Positions 25,623-35,782 of a DNA stretch of 64,000 bases are shown in pieces. Within the stretch, counting starts at the first letter, position 1; each line of letters starts with the position of its first letter. This DNA comes from a virus: the IMG/VR virus record IMGVR_UViG_3300020048_000014, positions 32,001-96,000 of that record. One strand, 5' to 3'. The position numbers and the translations under genes are program-made. A model generated the notes under the pieces. The model worked only from the letters and a program-made list of their open reading frames with translations. It ran no database searches and was not told the DNA's origin.

Positions 25623-26261
25623 TTAACAATAAGCTCGAATAGCTTCTAGCTTATTTTCAGCTTCTGCTGCCATTTGAATAGCGGCATCCCATTTATTTTC
25701 CCATCCAATTATATCAGTCTCCAGCACCATATTTTTATCGTGGAGTTTATCCACAATATCTAGTGCTCTTTCCCATCCAACAGAAGCAATGTGGAGTTGA
25801 GATTCCAAAAAATTGATTTTATTTGTTAGATCGAAAACATCATTCGCAAAATTTGCATTAGCTTCTCTTAAGACTTCTAAATCTTTAGGTAGACATGGTA
25901 GTCTGCTAAATTCGACAAGGTGATCTGTATATGCCCGAAGGTGTTCGACTTCTTCTAACAAAGATTCCTCAACTGTGGAACCGTCATTGTAATCTTCAAG
26001 CTGTTTATCGATATATTCTTCAATCGCATTCCTCAACATATTGCCAAATTCATTGGCGGTAGGAATATCTTTTTCAGAATCAACATTGAATCCACCAATC
26101 TTATAATAATCCATCATCTCGGTGAGTAAATTTTGGAATTCGTGTAGTGTATCAGTATTTTCCACTAGATCGAGATATTGATCTCGCATTAATGTAATGG
26201 GGATATTTGGTCGAGTAGAGATCATATTAGTAGAGGTCATAAAGACATTATACATGAGCAA
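25623..26261 (-). CDS. hypothetical coiled-coil protein
   Basis: ORF track. Confidence 0.7.
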   Translation of the reverse strand: MLMYNVFMTSTNMISTRPNIPITLMRDQYLDLVENTDTLHEFQNLLTEMMDYYKIGGFNVDSEKDIPTANEFGNMLRNAIEEYIDKQLEDYNDGSTVEESLLEEVEHLRAYTDHLVEFSRLPCLPKDLEVLREANANFANDVFDLTNKINFLESQLHIASVGWERALDIVDKLHDKNMVLETDIIGWENKWDAAIQMAAEAENKLEAIRAYC

Positions 26262-26604
26262 TTGATGATGTCAATTCTAAAATTGATTCATCTTCCACTT
26301 CTTCCAATTTGTAAACGCTATTCATTGTTTCAAATCCATCTTCAGTGATTGAAGTGATTTTAGATGTAGAGAATCTACCCCTTGAGAGGGTGCCATTCCT
26401 GATCCAACGATCCATTACTAGAAAACTTCCAATTTCTGGCTTCTGCGTAATTTCCCCCAACACCCAGTATTCCACATTTGGTGAAAGATGATTATCATCG
26501 ATTCCGTGTAGGCCAGATACAACGGATTCACGATACTCGTCGTGATTACTTGCTGTTTTAACTTGGGGATTTTCTACCGCTTTTATCTTGGTTAGCTTGT
26601 GCAT
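26248..26604 (-). CDS. hypothetical protein
   Basis: ATG 7 nt after promoter copy 16. Confidence 0.75.
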   Translation of the reverse strand: MHKLTKIKAVENPQVKTASNHDEYRESVVSGLHGIDDNHLSPNVEYWVLGEITQKPEIGSFLVMDRWIRNGTLSRGRFSTSKITSITEDGFETMNSVYKLEEVEDESILELTSSIAHV

Positions 26605-26611
26605 GGACTCG

Positions 26612-26629
26612 ATTATGGACTAGTGTTTA
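26612..26629 (-). promoter_or_regulatory. Promoter motif copy 16
   Basis: TAAACACTA GTC CATAAT CGAGTCC ATG. Confidence 0.7.
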
Positions 26630-26639
26630 ATCAATAATA

Positions 26640-27698
26640 TCAAGCCTTGATTGTTCGACCAAGGGTGGAAATATTTGCAACACCATTGTTGATGTAAACT
26701 TGTTCGACTCCAAAAGTTTCTTCAGAAAGTGAAACAATATTAAATCCTTGTTGCCAGTTACAAGCGGTTCCATATAATGCATTTAAATCACATAAGCACC
26801 CACTCTCAATTCCTATCAATTGTCTCTCTCCTCGTCCAGCAATATCTGGAATTCTCTTACAACTGGAACCAATTCTATGGGTATGGCCATGCATAATGCT
26901 CGCACCCCATTTATTAATCTCTCCCAAACATGATGCCCCACCATTACCACGAACAGTTTCACCATGGGTAACAATAAGACCATTGAGGTTTACATAATCC
27001 ACATGTTCGATCTTGTGTTGATAATCTCCCATGAAAACATTTTCATATGAGAGAATTTCTGCAATATTCGAAAGACTAGAAAGTTCACCAATCCGATCAG
27101 ATAAATAACGTCTCCATCTGCCACCAATACTTTGACCGCTATGATTGCTGACAGTTTCATATATTTTTGCACCATCTGCGACTCCAATGAGTTCATCTAA
27201 AAATGCGTGATAATCTTCTCTTTCGGATTGCAGTGACCAACTTTTCTTCAAGTCTTTTGGATATTTAGAAATAGCCAAGAAGTCCATTGTGTCCCCATTA
27301 AGAATGATTGTTTTTGGTTTTAATTGAAAAATAGTCTCCAAGAAAATATCAATAGCCTTTTGATCATGGCAACCAAAGTGAAAATCTGATCCAACTACTG
27401 CATAGTCATTTAGGGTCGCAGTCGATTCATTATCGTATCGAGGAGATACTTTTATCGGTGCTAATTGAGCAAGGAATTCTAAAACTTCATCTTCCGTCTT
27501 TTTGAATCGTGTTGGCTTATCCCTCTGTAAATTATCATTACTATACCCAACGATAGTTGGCTCGACATTTAGTTCATCTAAATAACGGTTATACCATCCT
27601 TGAGCGGTTGACTTAGCTACTCCAAAATCTTCATAAATTTGGGAATAAGTCATACCATTTAATCTGCTGTTTACTACTTGTTCTTTAACACTACTCAT
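26640..27698 (-). CDS. metallophosphoesterase with N-terminal HTH
   Basis: GMTYSQI...FGVAKSTAQGW HTH; SDFH, NGD, SNH, THG, HGHTH. Confidence 0.8.
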   Translation of the reverse strand: MSSVKEQVVNSRLNGMTYSQIYEDFGVAKSTAQGWYNRYLDELNVEPTIVGYSNDNLQRDKPTRFKKTEDEVLEFLAQLAPIKVSPRYDNESTATLNDYAVVGSDFHFGCHDQKAIDIFLETIFQLKPKTIILNGDTMDFLAISKYPKDLKKSWSLQSEREDYHAFLDELIGVADGAKIYETVSNHSGQSIGGRWRRYLSDRIGELSSLSNIAEILSYENVFMGDYQHKIEHVDYVNLNGLIVTHGETVRGNGGASCLGEINKWGASIMHGHTHRIGSSCKRIPDIAGRGERQLIGIESGCLCDLNALYGTACNWQQGFNIVSLSEETFGVEQVYINNGVANISTLGRTIKA

Positions 27699-27706
27699 AA
27701 TATATT

Positions 27707-27937
27707 TTATTTTATTGAATCCATTGAAAATCTCAAATCGTTAAGAAATTTCATTGTATCTGCTTGTGATGGTTTGCTGTAAAGACTGTCCAATTCATCC
27801 TTTGCTTCCTCAAAGGTATCATGCGAGGAGTGAATGTCAACATGTTTATTGTTCATGTTTTTTTGAAGGATAACATAAGACCCATCTCGTTGAGGTTGAA
27901 TTTTATATTTCACATGTTCCTTAAACTTCGCAGTCAT
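27707..27937 (-). CDS. hypothetical protein
   Basis: ORF track. Confidence 0.6.
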   Translation of the reverse strand: MTAKFKEHVKYKIQPQRDGSYVILQKNMNNKHVDIHSSHDTFEEAKDELDSLYSKPSQADTMKFLNDLRFSMDSIK

Positions 27938-27947
27938 TTTATATTAT

Positions 27948-28919
27948 TTAGCTATAATGCTGAATAGTTTCACGCAATCCTTTGAAATAAGGAGTCAATT
28001 CAAACTCTCTATTATAGAGATTGCTATGTAACGCATATCTAAAGTCGTGTCCTTTTCTGTCATCGACAAATTCTATATAATCATTCAAAGATTTATCGTC
28101 TGAAACTTTTAAAATGCCTAGGATATCTTGAATTAATTGTAAATTAGTTTTTTCTACCCCAGATCCAATGTTGTATGATTCTCCAGATTTTCCCATTTCG
28201 CATATTTCAAGAATAGATTTATTATGATCGTCTACATGAATCCATTCTCTGATATTCGAACCATTGCCATATACAGGAATCTTTTTTCCTTCATTAATAG
28301 AACGAATAACTGTTGGGATAAATTTCTCTGAATGTTGCCAAGGACCGTAGTTATTACAACATCTGGTTGTAATAATATCTAAATTATACGTCGAGTGATA
28401 TGCCTTAGCTATCAAATCCGCTGAAGCTTTGGATGCTGAATATGGACTTCTCGGTTCAATTGGTGATTCTTCAGTAAATGGTGGATCATTTAAATTCAAA
28501 TGTCCAAATACTTCGTCAGTTGAGATATTAATTATTCTCGCTTGTGATTGATGTAGCCTGACATATTCTAATAATGAAGACATTCCAATTACATTATTAG
28601 ATATAAATTCTAGAGGTGAATTAATAGACCTGTCAACATGTGACTCCGCTGCGAAATGAAATACATAGTCATAAGGACCATAGTAATTTGCGGATGTTAA
28701 TATGGGCATGTGCCACAACTCTCGTAAATCCGATTTTAATTCATTATACTGAATATTGTTATTTTTTGGTTTAGAAATGTCCCGACTACCAATTCCTCGC
28801 TTATCTATGTTAAAGATTTTAACATCCGAGTAATTTTCTAAAACATAGTCGATAAAATTACTACCAATGAATCCATTCCCCCCTGTGCATAAAACCGTTT
28901 TTCCTGAAAGATCTACCAT
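27948..28919 (-). CDS. rfbB: dTDP-glucose 4,6-dehydratase
   Basis: TGGNGFIGSN, HFAAESHVDRSI, STDEVFG, SPYSASKAS, NNYGPWQHSEKFIP, DRKGHDFRY. Confidence 0.92.
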   Translation of the reverse strand: MVDLSGKTVLCTGGNGFIGSNFIDYVLENYSDVKIFNIDKRGIGSRDISKPKNNNIQYNELKSDLRELWHMPILTSANYYGPYDYVFHFAAESHVDRSINSPLEFISNNVIGMSSLLEYVRLHQSQARIINISTDEVFGHLNLNDPPFTEESPIEPRSPYSASKASADLIAKAYHSTYNLDIITTRCCNNYGPWQHSEKFIPTVIRSINEGKKIPVYGNGSNIREWIHVDDHNKSILEICEMGKSGESYNIGSGVEKTNLQLIQDILGILKVSDDKSLNDYIEFVDDRKGHDFRYALHSNLYNREFELTPYFKGLRETIQHYS

Positions 28920-28967
28920 ATGTTCTAATTTACCATTGATTTTCGACAAGTCAAGTTAAATATCATT

Positions 28968-29447
28968 ATGAATGAAGATGATCAGATTGATAAAAACGTA
29001 GATTCTATAATCAATCAATTGAAAAATCAAAGTCGATCATTAAAAGATGTTCAAAAAAATCCACCACAACAATTAAAAAAGGAGGATATGGAGCAATTCA
29101 TTATAGACAAAGCTTCTGAGATTGTCAATGGGTGTGTTGAAGTTATTGGGGTGATTCAGGATGAGATTAAGTGCGCTCCTGACCCCAAGTTGATCGAATC
29201 AGGTGCCACCTTCATCAATGCATTTACGTCGGCTCTGGATGCCCTTGGAAAGCTTGAAATAAGCCAGCAGAGAATAAAAGCTCAGAAGGATATTGCACAA
29301 TTTAATGCTGCTGCCCGATTAGCCACTAATGATGATACCGAGTCTAAAAAAGGAGTTTATATTTCTCGGGAAGAACTAATAAAAGGTCTTCTAGAGTATA
29401 AAAAAGAAGAGGTAAAGGAAACTGTCGATGATCCAATCGATGTGTAA
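28968..29447 (+). CDS. hypothetical protein
   Basis: 159-aa ORF behind a TAAATA motif. Confidence 0.7.
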   Translation: MNEDDQIDKNVDSIINQLKNQSRSLKDVQKNPPQQLKKEDMEQFIIDKASEIVNGCVEVIGVIQDEIKCAPDPKLIESGATFINAFTSALDALGKLEISQQRIKAQKDIAQFNAAARLATNDDTESKKGVYISREELIKGLLEYKKEEVKETVDDPIDV

Positions 29448-29448
29448 A

Positions 29449-30372
29449 TTACGACCCTAACTGTCCTTTATTTGTATGTAATTTATATTCGATATCTTTT
29501 TCATCGTTAGAAATTTTTAATACACTCGAACGACTTTGTTCTGAATCAAATACATCACCAAATAAATCTGTCTCAATATCTAATATATTATCACCTTGCT
29601 TTAGTGTTTTAACTATTTTATTTATAATACCTTCAGAAGTATTTTTGTCAGAATTGAATGCATTATACTGTTTTTTTTCTTTATATATTCTAAAATTTTC
29701 ATCTCCTAGTTGAGTTTTGATCTCATCAAAAATGCTTTCAGATATTTCATCAATAATCCAGTAGTATTGAGAATCTTTAACCATATAGCTGCCATTGGCT
29801 TTATTAACCCATTCTCCAGTAGGTTCTTCAGAATATCTCAATTGAGGGTTTTTATCCATAATAGGTAAAGTATTATCGATCACAGTGCTGCTACGTATAC
29901 TATCTCTAAAAATACTTTCAGTTTGTTTTATAGCACTATCCAAATTTGTTTGCATAAATGGAGGCAATTTATTATAAATATCAACAGAGCATCCTAACTG
30001 ATATGGTAGGTCTGGATATAGAGTATTATTAGCTGTAGTATAAGATTTATTACCCAATAATCCCATTGAGTCCGGGGTTAATTTGAAATAATTTTTATCT
30101 TTCGAGAATTTTTTAACATATGAACCTAATGGGCCATTATTTAATATATCCACATAATAGATTATTGAATATTCATCTAGATCTTTCCCTTCCTCGTCTA
30201 GCTTTTTAATAAATTTTTCTAATTGCCCAAGACCTAATTCATAAATCTTTTTGAATTCAACCATGAAATCAATTTCTAATTCTGTAAACGAATCTCCTAA
30301 ATTAGAAATATTCAACATTTCTTCTTTAGTGAAACAAATCGCTCTCAGGATTTCTACTTTGTTATTTTGCAT
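29449..30372 (-). CDS. hypothetical (probably structural-module) protein
   Basis: 307-aa ORF. Confidence 0.7.
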   Translation of the reverse strand: MQNNKVEILRAICFTKEEMLNISNLGDSFTELEIDFMVEFKKIYELGLGQLEKFIKKLDEEGKDLDEYSIIYYVDILNNGPLGSYVKKFSKDKNYFKLTPDSMGLLGNKSYTTANNTLYPDLPYQLGCSVDIYNKLPPFMQTNLDSAIKQTESIFRDSIRSSTVIDNTLPIMDKNPQLRYSEEPTGEWVNKANGSYMVKDSQYYWIIDEISESIFDEIKTQLGDENFRIYKEKKQYNAFNSDKNTSEGIINKIVKTLKQGDNILDIETDLFGDVFDSEQSRSSVLKISNDEKDIEYKLHTNKGQLGS

Positions 30373-30373
30373 G

Positions 30374-31168
30374 TTATAAAATATTATTAGGTGAAGCTGA
30401 TTGTTTTGAGATTATGTTTGCATTTCTATTCATTCTTGTAACCACGCCATCAGATTTTTTAATACTTCTTTGTAGATATTCTTTATGATTCAGATATTCT
30501 TTTGCTGCTTGTTTAAATTTATTATTTTTTATAGACAACACAAAATCGAAATCTTTTTTTGATTTTGGATCAAACAAATCACCTCTATAACATATATCAA
30601 CTAAAACTTTTTTTAAGTCTGGTGAAAACGTTTCCCATTGGGTTGGAAATTTAGATTTGGCGAGGTTTAAATGTTTCAATAAATCTTTATTAAACATAGA
30701 TTTTACTTGATTGATATTAAGTTCATTTCCATATTTAGATACAAATAAATTTTTATCTCGATTCGAACCATTACCTATTAGGTGTCCTATTCCTATAGTC
30801 CATAATCCCTTATCATCTTTGTAAGGAGAGAAGAATTTTTTATTCTGAGGTGATGCTAAATTACTTCCAATTATCTCACTAGGAATAATGTATTCTGCGA
30901 TATCGTTGATATCGATATTCGTATCTTTTTTTGGGGTTTCTTCAGTTTTATACAACTCCATTAATTTGGCATATGCTTGATCAAATGATAAATTAGGTTT
31001 GACTTTTTTAGCCTGTGACAATGCCTCTATTTTTTGTTGAATAGGTTCTGGTCTTTTTTCTAATTGTTTCATGACATAATCAGCCTCGTATGCCATTGCG
31101 CCTAAAGAAAATAATGACATCATTATTTCCTTAACTCCTTCATCAAAAATTAATAAATCTTCTTTCAT
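30374..31168 (-). CDS. phage lysozyme (T4-lysozyme/GH24-like) with N-terminal extension
   Basis: PYKDDKGLWTIGIGHLIG, FNKDL, AAKEYL, VTRMNRN. Confidence 0.8.
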   Translation of the reverse strand: MKEDLLIFDEGVKEIMMSLFSLGAMAYEADYVMKQLEKRPEPIQQKIEALSQAKKVKPNLSFDQAYAKLMELYKTEETPKKDTNIDINDIAEYIIPSEIIGSNLASPQNKKFFSPYKDDKGLWTIGIGHLIGNGSNRDKNLFVSKYGNELNINQVKSMFNKDLLKHLNLAKSKFPTQWETFSPDLKKVLVDICYRGDLFDPKSKKDFDFVLSIKNNKFKQAAKEYLNHKEYLQRSIKKSDGVVTRMNRNANIISKQSASPNNIL

Positions 31169-32487
31169 TCGCTGTCCTCCTTCAGATTGGCGTTAGGTCC
31201 AATATAAGTCTTAGTGCATAGTATTTGATTCGTATATAAATCAGCAAAGAATATATGTCTTATTTCTGTCACATACCATCTACCTAATATTTTTTGATCG
31301 CTCTTCAATTCGTCTTCATTTTTAGTTGTGAATATATCGACAAATTTACCAGATCTTCTGGAAGTACTGCCAATGTTAGAGAACGATGCCTGAAGATTGT
31401 AGAAAGTTAAAGAATTGTGTATTTCTGCTTCAACCATTTTGATACCATCTTCCACCGGATATGGGAATTTATATCTTTTGAATTTCTCTAATGTCGATTT
31501 ATTTATTACTGCAAATGGTTTTGGTTTTCCCGAATTTGATTTGAACACATCAACAAATTTAGTTTGCCATTTTTTCTTAATATCGTCAAACTTAATTTTT
31601 CTTATTTTCTGAATACCTAAAATCTTATCGTATCCAAATACAAGGCTATTAATAAAATAATCAGTATTCCACCCGTAGAATGGAGTAGAATATCCAAGAT
31701 TTTTAATTTGGCCTATATATTCTCCGACAGGTGCTTTTGATATTGGATTGTTTGGATTGGATGTTTCGATTTTAGTTGTCAAGTCTCCAAGACCAAATGC
31801 TTCGATTGTATTTTTCTCATTGTCTTCAAATATTTTAGATAATAAATCTAATCGAAACTTTGATGTTTCGGTATCCCAAGAAATAAATCCTTTAACATAT
31901 ATTTCACCATCTTTGGCATAATATATACGCATGAGATGATGTATCAAATCAACGTATCGATAAGTTGCAGGGGGATAATAATCTAATTGAAAATCACCAT
32001 CTTCCCAATTTTCTTCATCTACCATTTTTTCTCCTAAGACTTCTTTAAATATATCTTTAAGAATTGCTCCGACTTTACCGCTGTAGGTTTTACCATAAGG
32101 TATTTTATCAGAGAATGCGATTGCATTTTTATCTATTAAAACAAAAGTCTTAATATTCTCCGAACGAACTACAGGATTGACCGTATCAGAATCATCAATA
32201 ACGGCAAATGTATATTCATATTTTTCATTTTTACCTTTTGGTTCTTTTGGCTTGAATGTAATATAAAATTCATCTCTTCCATCCCCTCTTAAAAAATAAT
32301 CTTGTTCGATAAAATCATATGGATTGGCTATAGATATTGTTCCTGATGCGAATGGGTCAAATACGTTATCAATTAAGGTCATGCCGCGAATAGCAGACTT
32401 TGTGAATGAAACTTCTTGATCATCTGTGTTAGATAACTTGAACTCGCACTCATACTCGATATCATTAATTTTAAACGTCTCTGCCAT
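31165..32487 (-). CDS. baseplate hub/tail protein (gp27-like, tentative)
   Basis: Position after gp53-like; C-terminal GRWYVTEIRHIF. Confidence 0.5.
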   Translation of the reverse strand: MAETFKINDIEYECEFKLSNTDDQEVSFTKSAIRGMTLIDNVFDPFASGTISIANPYDFIEQDYFLRGDGRDEFYITFKPKEPKGKNEKYEYTFAVIDDSDTVNPVVRSENIKTFVLIDKNAIAFSDKIPYGKTYSGKVGAILKDIFKEVLGEKMVDEENWEDGDFQLDYYPPATYRYVDLIHHLMRIYYAKDGEIYVKGFISWDTETSKFRLDLLSKIFEDNEKNTIEAFGLGDLTTKIETSNPNNPISKAPVGEYIGQIKNLGYSTPFYGWNTDYFINSLVFGYDKILGIQKIRKIKFDDIKKKWQTKFVDVFKSNSGKPKPFAVINKSTLEKFKRYKFPYPVEDGIKMVEAEIHNSLTFYNLQASFSNIGSTSRRSGKFVDIFTTKNEDELKSDQKILGRWYVTEIRHIFFADLYTNQILCTKTYIGPNANLKEDSE

Positions 32488-32885
32488 TAATAATGCCTTC
32501 CTGCAAAAATAGTAGATTGAGTAATATCCTGATAGATAGCTGTTCTCAGTGAATCAGTAATATACTTGAGTTGTGTCCCCCCATTAACATAAAATGGTGC
32601 TCCAACGAACTTGTCCTTATTAAGTAAATATATTATCCACCAAGATTTAATATCTTCATAAATCTGATAGGAAACTATAGTTAATGCCGTTCTTGTTCGA
32701 ACTTCGTAAAATTCGATATACTGACTATCAATTTCTGGGAAGTCGATCCTGTTCAAAATATTGTAAATTTGAAAATCCTTGTCTTCCTCAGATTGTTTGA
32801 ATAATTTGAATATACGCTCATAATCTCTAATACTTAAAGCAGAGAGTGAGGGTAAATCGTTTTGGTAGTTTCCTAAATCTATCAT
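32487..32885 (-). CDS. baseplate wedge gp53-like (LysM-like)
   Basis: YERIF, IVSYQIYEDIKSWWIIYLLN. Confidence 0.7.
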   Translation of the reverse strand: MIDLGNYQNDLPSLSALSIRDYERIFKLFKQSEEDKDFQIYNILNRIDFPEIDSQYIEFYEVRTRTALTIVSYQIYEDIKSWWIIYLLNKDKFVGAPFYVNGGTQLKYITDSLRTAIYQDITQSTIFAGRHY

Positions 32886-32890
32886 AATTA

Positions 32891-33700
32891 TTAAGCGTTA
32901 CTTATAAATCCCGCATGTTCCATGGTAAGTGATTGCATAGACATTGATATTTGATAAGCTTCTGGATGAATAATGCCATTTATCATTCTTCGATATCCCA
33001 ACAATTGCACTGAAAATTGACTACAATACGCCCACTGAATAAATCTCTGACCATATACCCTTACTTTATAAATTCTTGGCGGTTCTACCGAGATACTATT
33101 TAATCTTAAAGGTCTATTTATCTCTGTCAATTTTTGAACTAATTCATGGTTTAATTTGACCGAATCTTCATTGATAGTATTTGACAACACGAATGTTATA
33201 TCTAATGCCGAATCATTTTTATCAAATTGATAAAACATAGGTGTTTCCACATAAGATCCGGGAGCACTTCTACCCTGTGTCAAGGCATCTTTTATATTCG
33301 ATAAGTCCGTGGTGGCGAGTCCGGGAATATTGACACCTAATTGAGCACCTAAACCAATGTATTGATTTATATTATTTTTAAGACTTTCACCTATCCCTCC
33401 TCCATTTCCCAAACCATCTTGAAACGTATCTCCGAAAGTGTTTGAGAATGACCTAACATTATCACCAAAAAACGGTAGCCTAAAATCATCTTCCGGCTCA
33501 GTGGAACCAGAATACATTTTTCGATAAAACTCTTCAGCAGTTTTAGTAACTCCAATTGCTTTATATCCTTCAATCATAGTCATTATTTGATTGGATATTA
33601 TTTTATGAGATTTCAACCAAACCATAGGTGCTTCTTTCCTGACAGAAGATCCTTTTGGGGAGGATGTCCAATCATAATCTTTCACTATGTTATACATCAT
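32891..33700 (-). CDS. baseplate tail-tube cap gp48-like (tentative)
   Basis: Synteny; PEAYQISMSMQSL-type C-terminus. Confidence 0.5.
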   Translation of the reverse strand: MMYNIVKDYDWTSSPKGSSVRKEAPMVWLKSHKIISNQIMTMIEGYKAIGVTKTAEEFYRKMYSGSTEPEDDFRLPFFGDNVRSFSNTFGDTFQDGLGNGGGIGESLKNNINQYIGLGAQLGVNIPGLATTDLSNIKDALTQGRSAPGSYVETPMFYQFDKNDSALDITFVLSNTINEDSVKLNHELVQKLTEINRPLRLNSISVEPPRIYKVRVYGQRFIQWAYCSQFSVQLLGYRRMINGIIHPEAYQISMSMQSLTMEHAGFISNA

Positions 33701-33708
33701 ATAATTAT

Positions 33709-35760
33709 TTAAGCTAATGAGTAATGACTAGATGCGTATCCATCTCTATTATTATCAATGTTAATATATGATGTGCCATTAGTCGGGGAGGGGGCAGTTT
33801 TTTGAATTATTATTGGAGAAGCTGCGCTATTAGACTTATCCCCCCTAGCCATAATTGCAGTATTATTTGCAATAGCCATTAAATATGAATTAGTAGTCAA
33901 TCCAATTTCGACTAATCTTAGATATGAATCATTTTTAGGTTTAGATTGTAAAAATTCATTGATAGCTCCACCCGATTTTAGACCCATTAATTCATCTTTA
34001 TTATTAAATTTATGAATTCTACCATCTTTAATAATAAAATCTTGCATTTCCTCTTTAGGTGGTTCAGTATTAGTGAAGAATGCGCCAATTGATTTAGTAT
34101 ACTTTTCAGGTATGATATAATCAGATATTAGACCACCTAAATATTCTCCTGCTAGTGCTCCTCCAAGTGCTCCCACAATAGAACCTATAGCAGTTCCGAC
34201 TAATGGAATAGGAATAAGAGTTCCTAATGCTCCTCCCAATAATGCACCACCAGCAGAACCTACAGCACCTGTAATAGCGGTTATTATTCTTTTGCCTGCA
34301 TCCTTTTGAAGTTCGTCTTTGGTTATTTCACCTTTATTGTATTTGTCCTTCATTCCTTTTATATCATAAGCTGCAAAAGCGGCTGTTATAGCTGGACCAA
34401 TAATTGGTGCTTTAGATAAAGTTCCTCCGAATAGTTTTGGAATTGCTTTAGGTGATGGTAAAATATTTTTAATATTGGTTTTAACTAATGCTTTGGCAGA
34501 ATCGACTGTTTTTGTTTTAACTACATTTACTGCACTACTTGCTGCTTTACTAACACTACCTGCTGCTCCACTCACTGTTTTACTAATACCGCCTGCTGCT
34601 CTACTAATACCACCTGCTGCACTCGATGCTAATCTACCAACAGAACCTGCTGCTCTACTAATACCACCTGCTGCACTCGATGCTAATCTACCAACAGAAC
34701 CTGCTGCTCTACTAATACCACCTGCTGCACTCGATGCTAGATTGCTAGATTTCTTCGCAATAAAGGTCGCCACCTTCGTAGGTGTTATATTTCTCTTGAT
34801 TCTTTTATATGCCGCCATCGAATTTCTCACCACATTAGGTGTTAATCTTTTAATGGTTCGGGTTTTAAAATTTTTCAATGCTTGTAATGGTTTTCCAAAA
34901 ACATTAGATACTACCCCCTTCAAGCTAGTTAATATTTTAGCTCCTAAAATAGCAGCTAATGAAGATAAAAATCCACCACTTGTATTGCCTTTACCATTAC
35001 CATCATCTTTTCCTTTTTTAGAACTACTGGAAAATTCGCCGAAACTATTTATACCTTTCGGTTTAGACGTTAGTGTTTTTAATTTGGTGTCTTTTTTTTG
35101 TCTCCTTTGCTCATCAAAAAATTGCCCAATTACTATTTTAGCCCAACTGAGTGTTCGACTTTTTTCCGCCCCTTCTAATGTAGAAGGTTTGGATTTGATT
35201 GGTATCGCTTTAGGCTTTTTATATACTTCTCTACTGAGACTTAACAATGTTTTAGGTTTTTCAGCTTCGGTTTTTTTAGCTTCGGGTTTTTCAACTTTAG
35301 GCTTTTTATATACTTCTCTACTGAGACTTAACAGTGTTTTAGGTTTTTCAGCTTCGGGTTTTTTATATACTTCCTTTTTCTGTAAAAGAGGTTTAGGTTT
35401 TTCAGCTTCGGTTTTTTTAGCTTCGGGTTTTTCAACTTTAGGCTTTTTATATACTTCTCTACTGAGACTTAACAGTGTTTTAGGTTTTTGTTCAATTTTT
35501 GATGAGGCTATCTTGACATCTTTATCCTTCTGTAATTGTTTTCGAAAAAAAATATTCGAAGATATTTCAGAAGCTTCGGATATTCTAGATTTTTCAGTTG
35601 AAGTTAATCTTGAAGGAGTGTTGTCATCAGTAAATGTGGAACCTTTCGATTTTAAAATATTTTTGGATGTCACGCTATTCTCTGAATTATTTTTCAGAAA
35701 ATCCTGAGTCAATTCGCTCTGTTTTTGTAAAATATCTAAAAGTGATCCTACTATATCCAT
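33709..35760 (-). CDS. tape-measure/gp29-like protein with internal repeats
   Basis: Gly/Ala-rich hydrophobic stretch GGALLGGALGTLIP; Lys-rich and 18-aa repeats; tail-module position. Confidence 0.55.
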   Translation of the reverse strand: MDIVGSLLDILQKQSELTQDFLKNNSENSVTSKNILKSKGSTFTDDNTPSRLTSTEKSRISEASEISSNIFFRKQLQKDKDVKIASSKIEQKPKTLLSLSREVYKKPKVEKPEAKKTEAEKPKPLLQKKEVYKKPEAEKPKTLLSLSREVYKKPKVEKPEAKKTEAEKPKTLLSLSREVYKKPKAIPIKSKPSTLEGAEKSRTLSWAKIVIGQFFDEQRRQKKDTKLKTLTSKPKGINSFGEFSSSSKKGKDDGNGKGNTSGGFLSSLAAILGAKILTSLKGVVSNVFGKPLQALKNFKTRTIKRLTPNVVRNSMAAYKRIKRNITPTKVATFIAKKSSNLASSAAGGISRAAGSVGRLASSAAGGISRAAGSVGRLASSAAGGISRAAGGISKTVSGAAGSVSKAASSAVNVVKTKTVDSAKALVKTNIKNILPSPKAIPKLFGGTLSKAPIIGPAITAAFAAYDIKGMKDKYNKGEITKDELQKDAGKRIITAITGAVGSAGGALLGGALGTLIPIPLVGTAIGSIVGALGGALAGEYLGGLISDYIIPEKYTKSIGAFFTNTEPPKEEMQDFIIKDGRIHKFNNKDELMGLKSGGAINEFLQSKPKNDSYLRLVEIGLTTNSYLMAIANNTAIMARGDKSNSAASPIIIQKTAPSPTNGTSYINIDNNRDGYASSHYSLA
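34592..34739. repeat. 54-nt tandem coding repeat, ~2.7 copies
   Basis: Encodes SSAAGGISRAAGSVGRLA units. Confidence 0.9.
35207..35490. repeat. 87-nt imperfect tandem coding repeat
   Basis: KPKTLLSLSREVYKKPK three times plus one variant unit. Confidence 0.85.
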
Positions 35761-35782
35761 TATATTATTTAATCATTAAATT

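Noticed and set aside
34475-35707. 410-aa + strand ORF
   Set aside because: Antisense shadow of the repeat-rich tape-measure-like gene; no late promoter; composition mirrors the sense codons.
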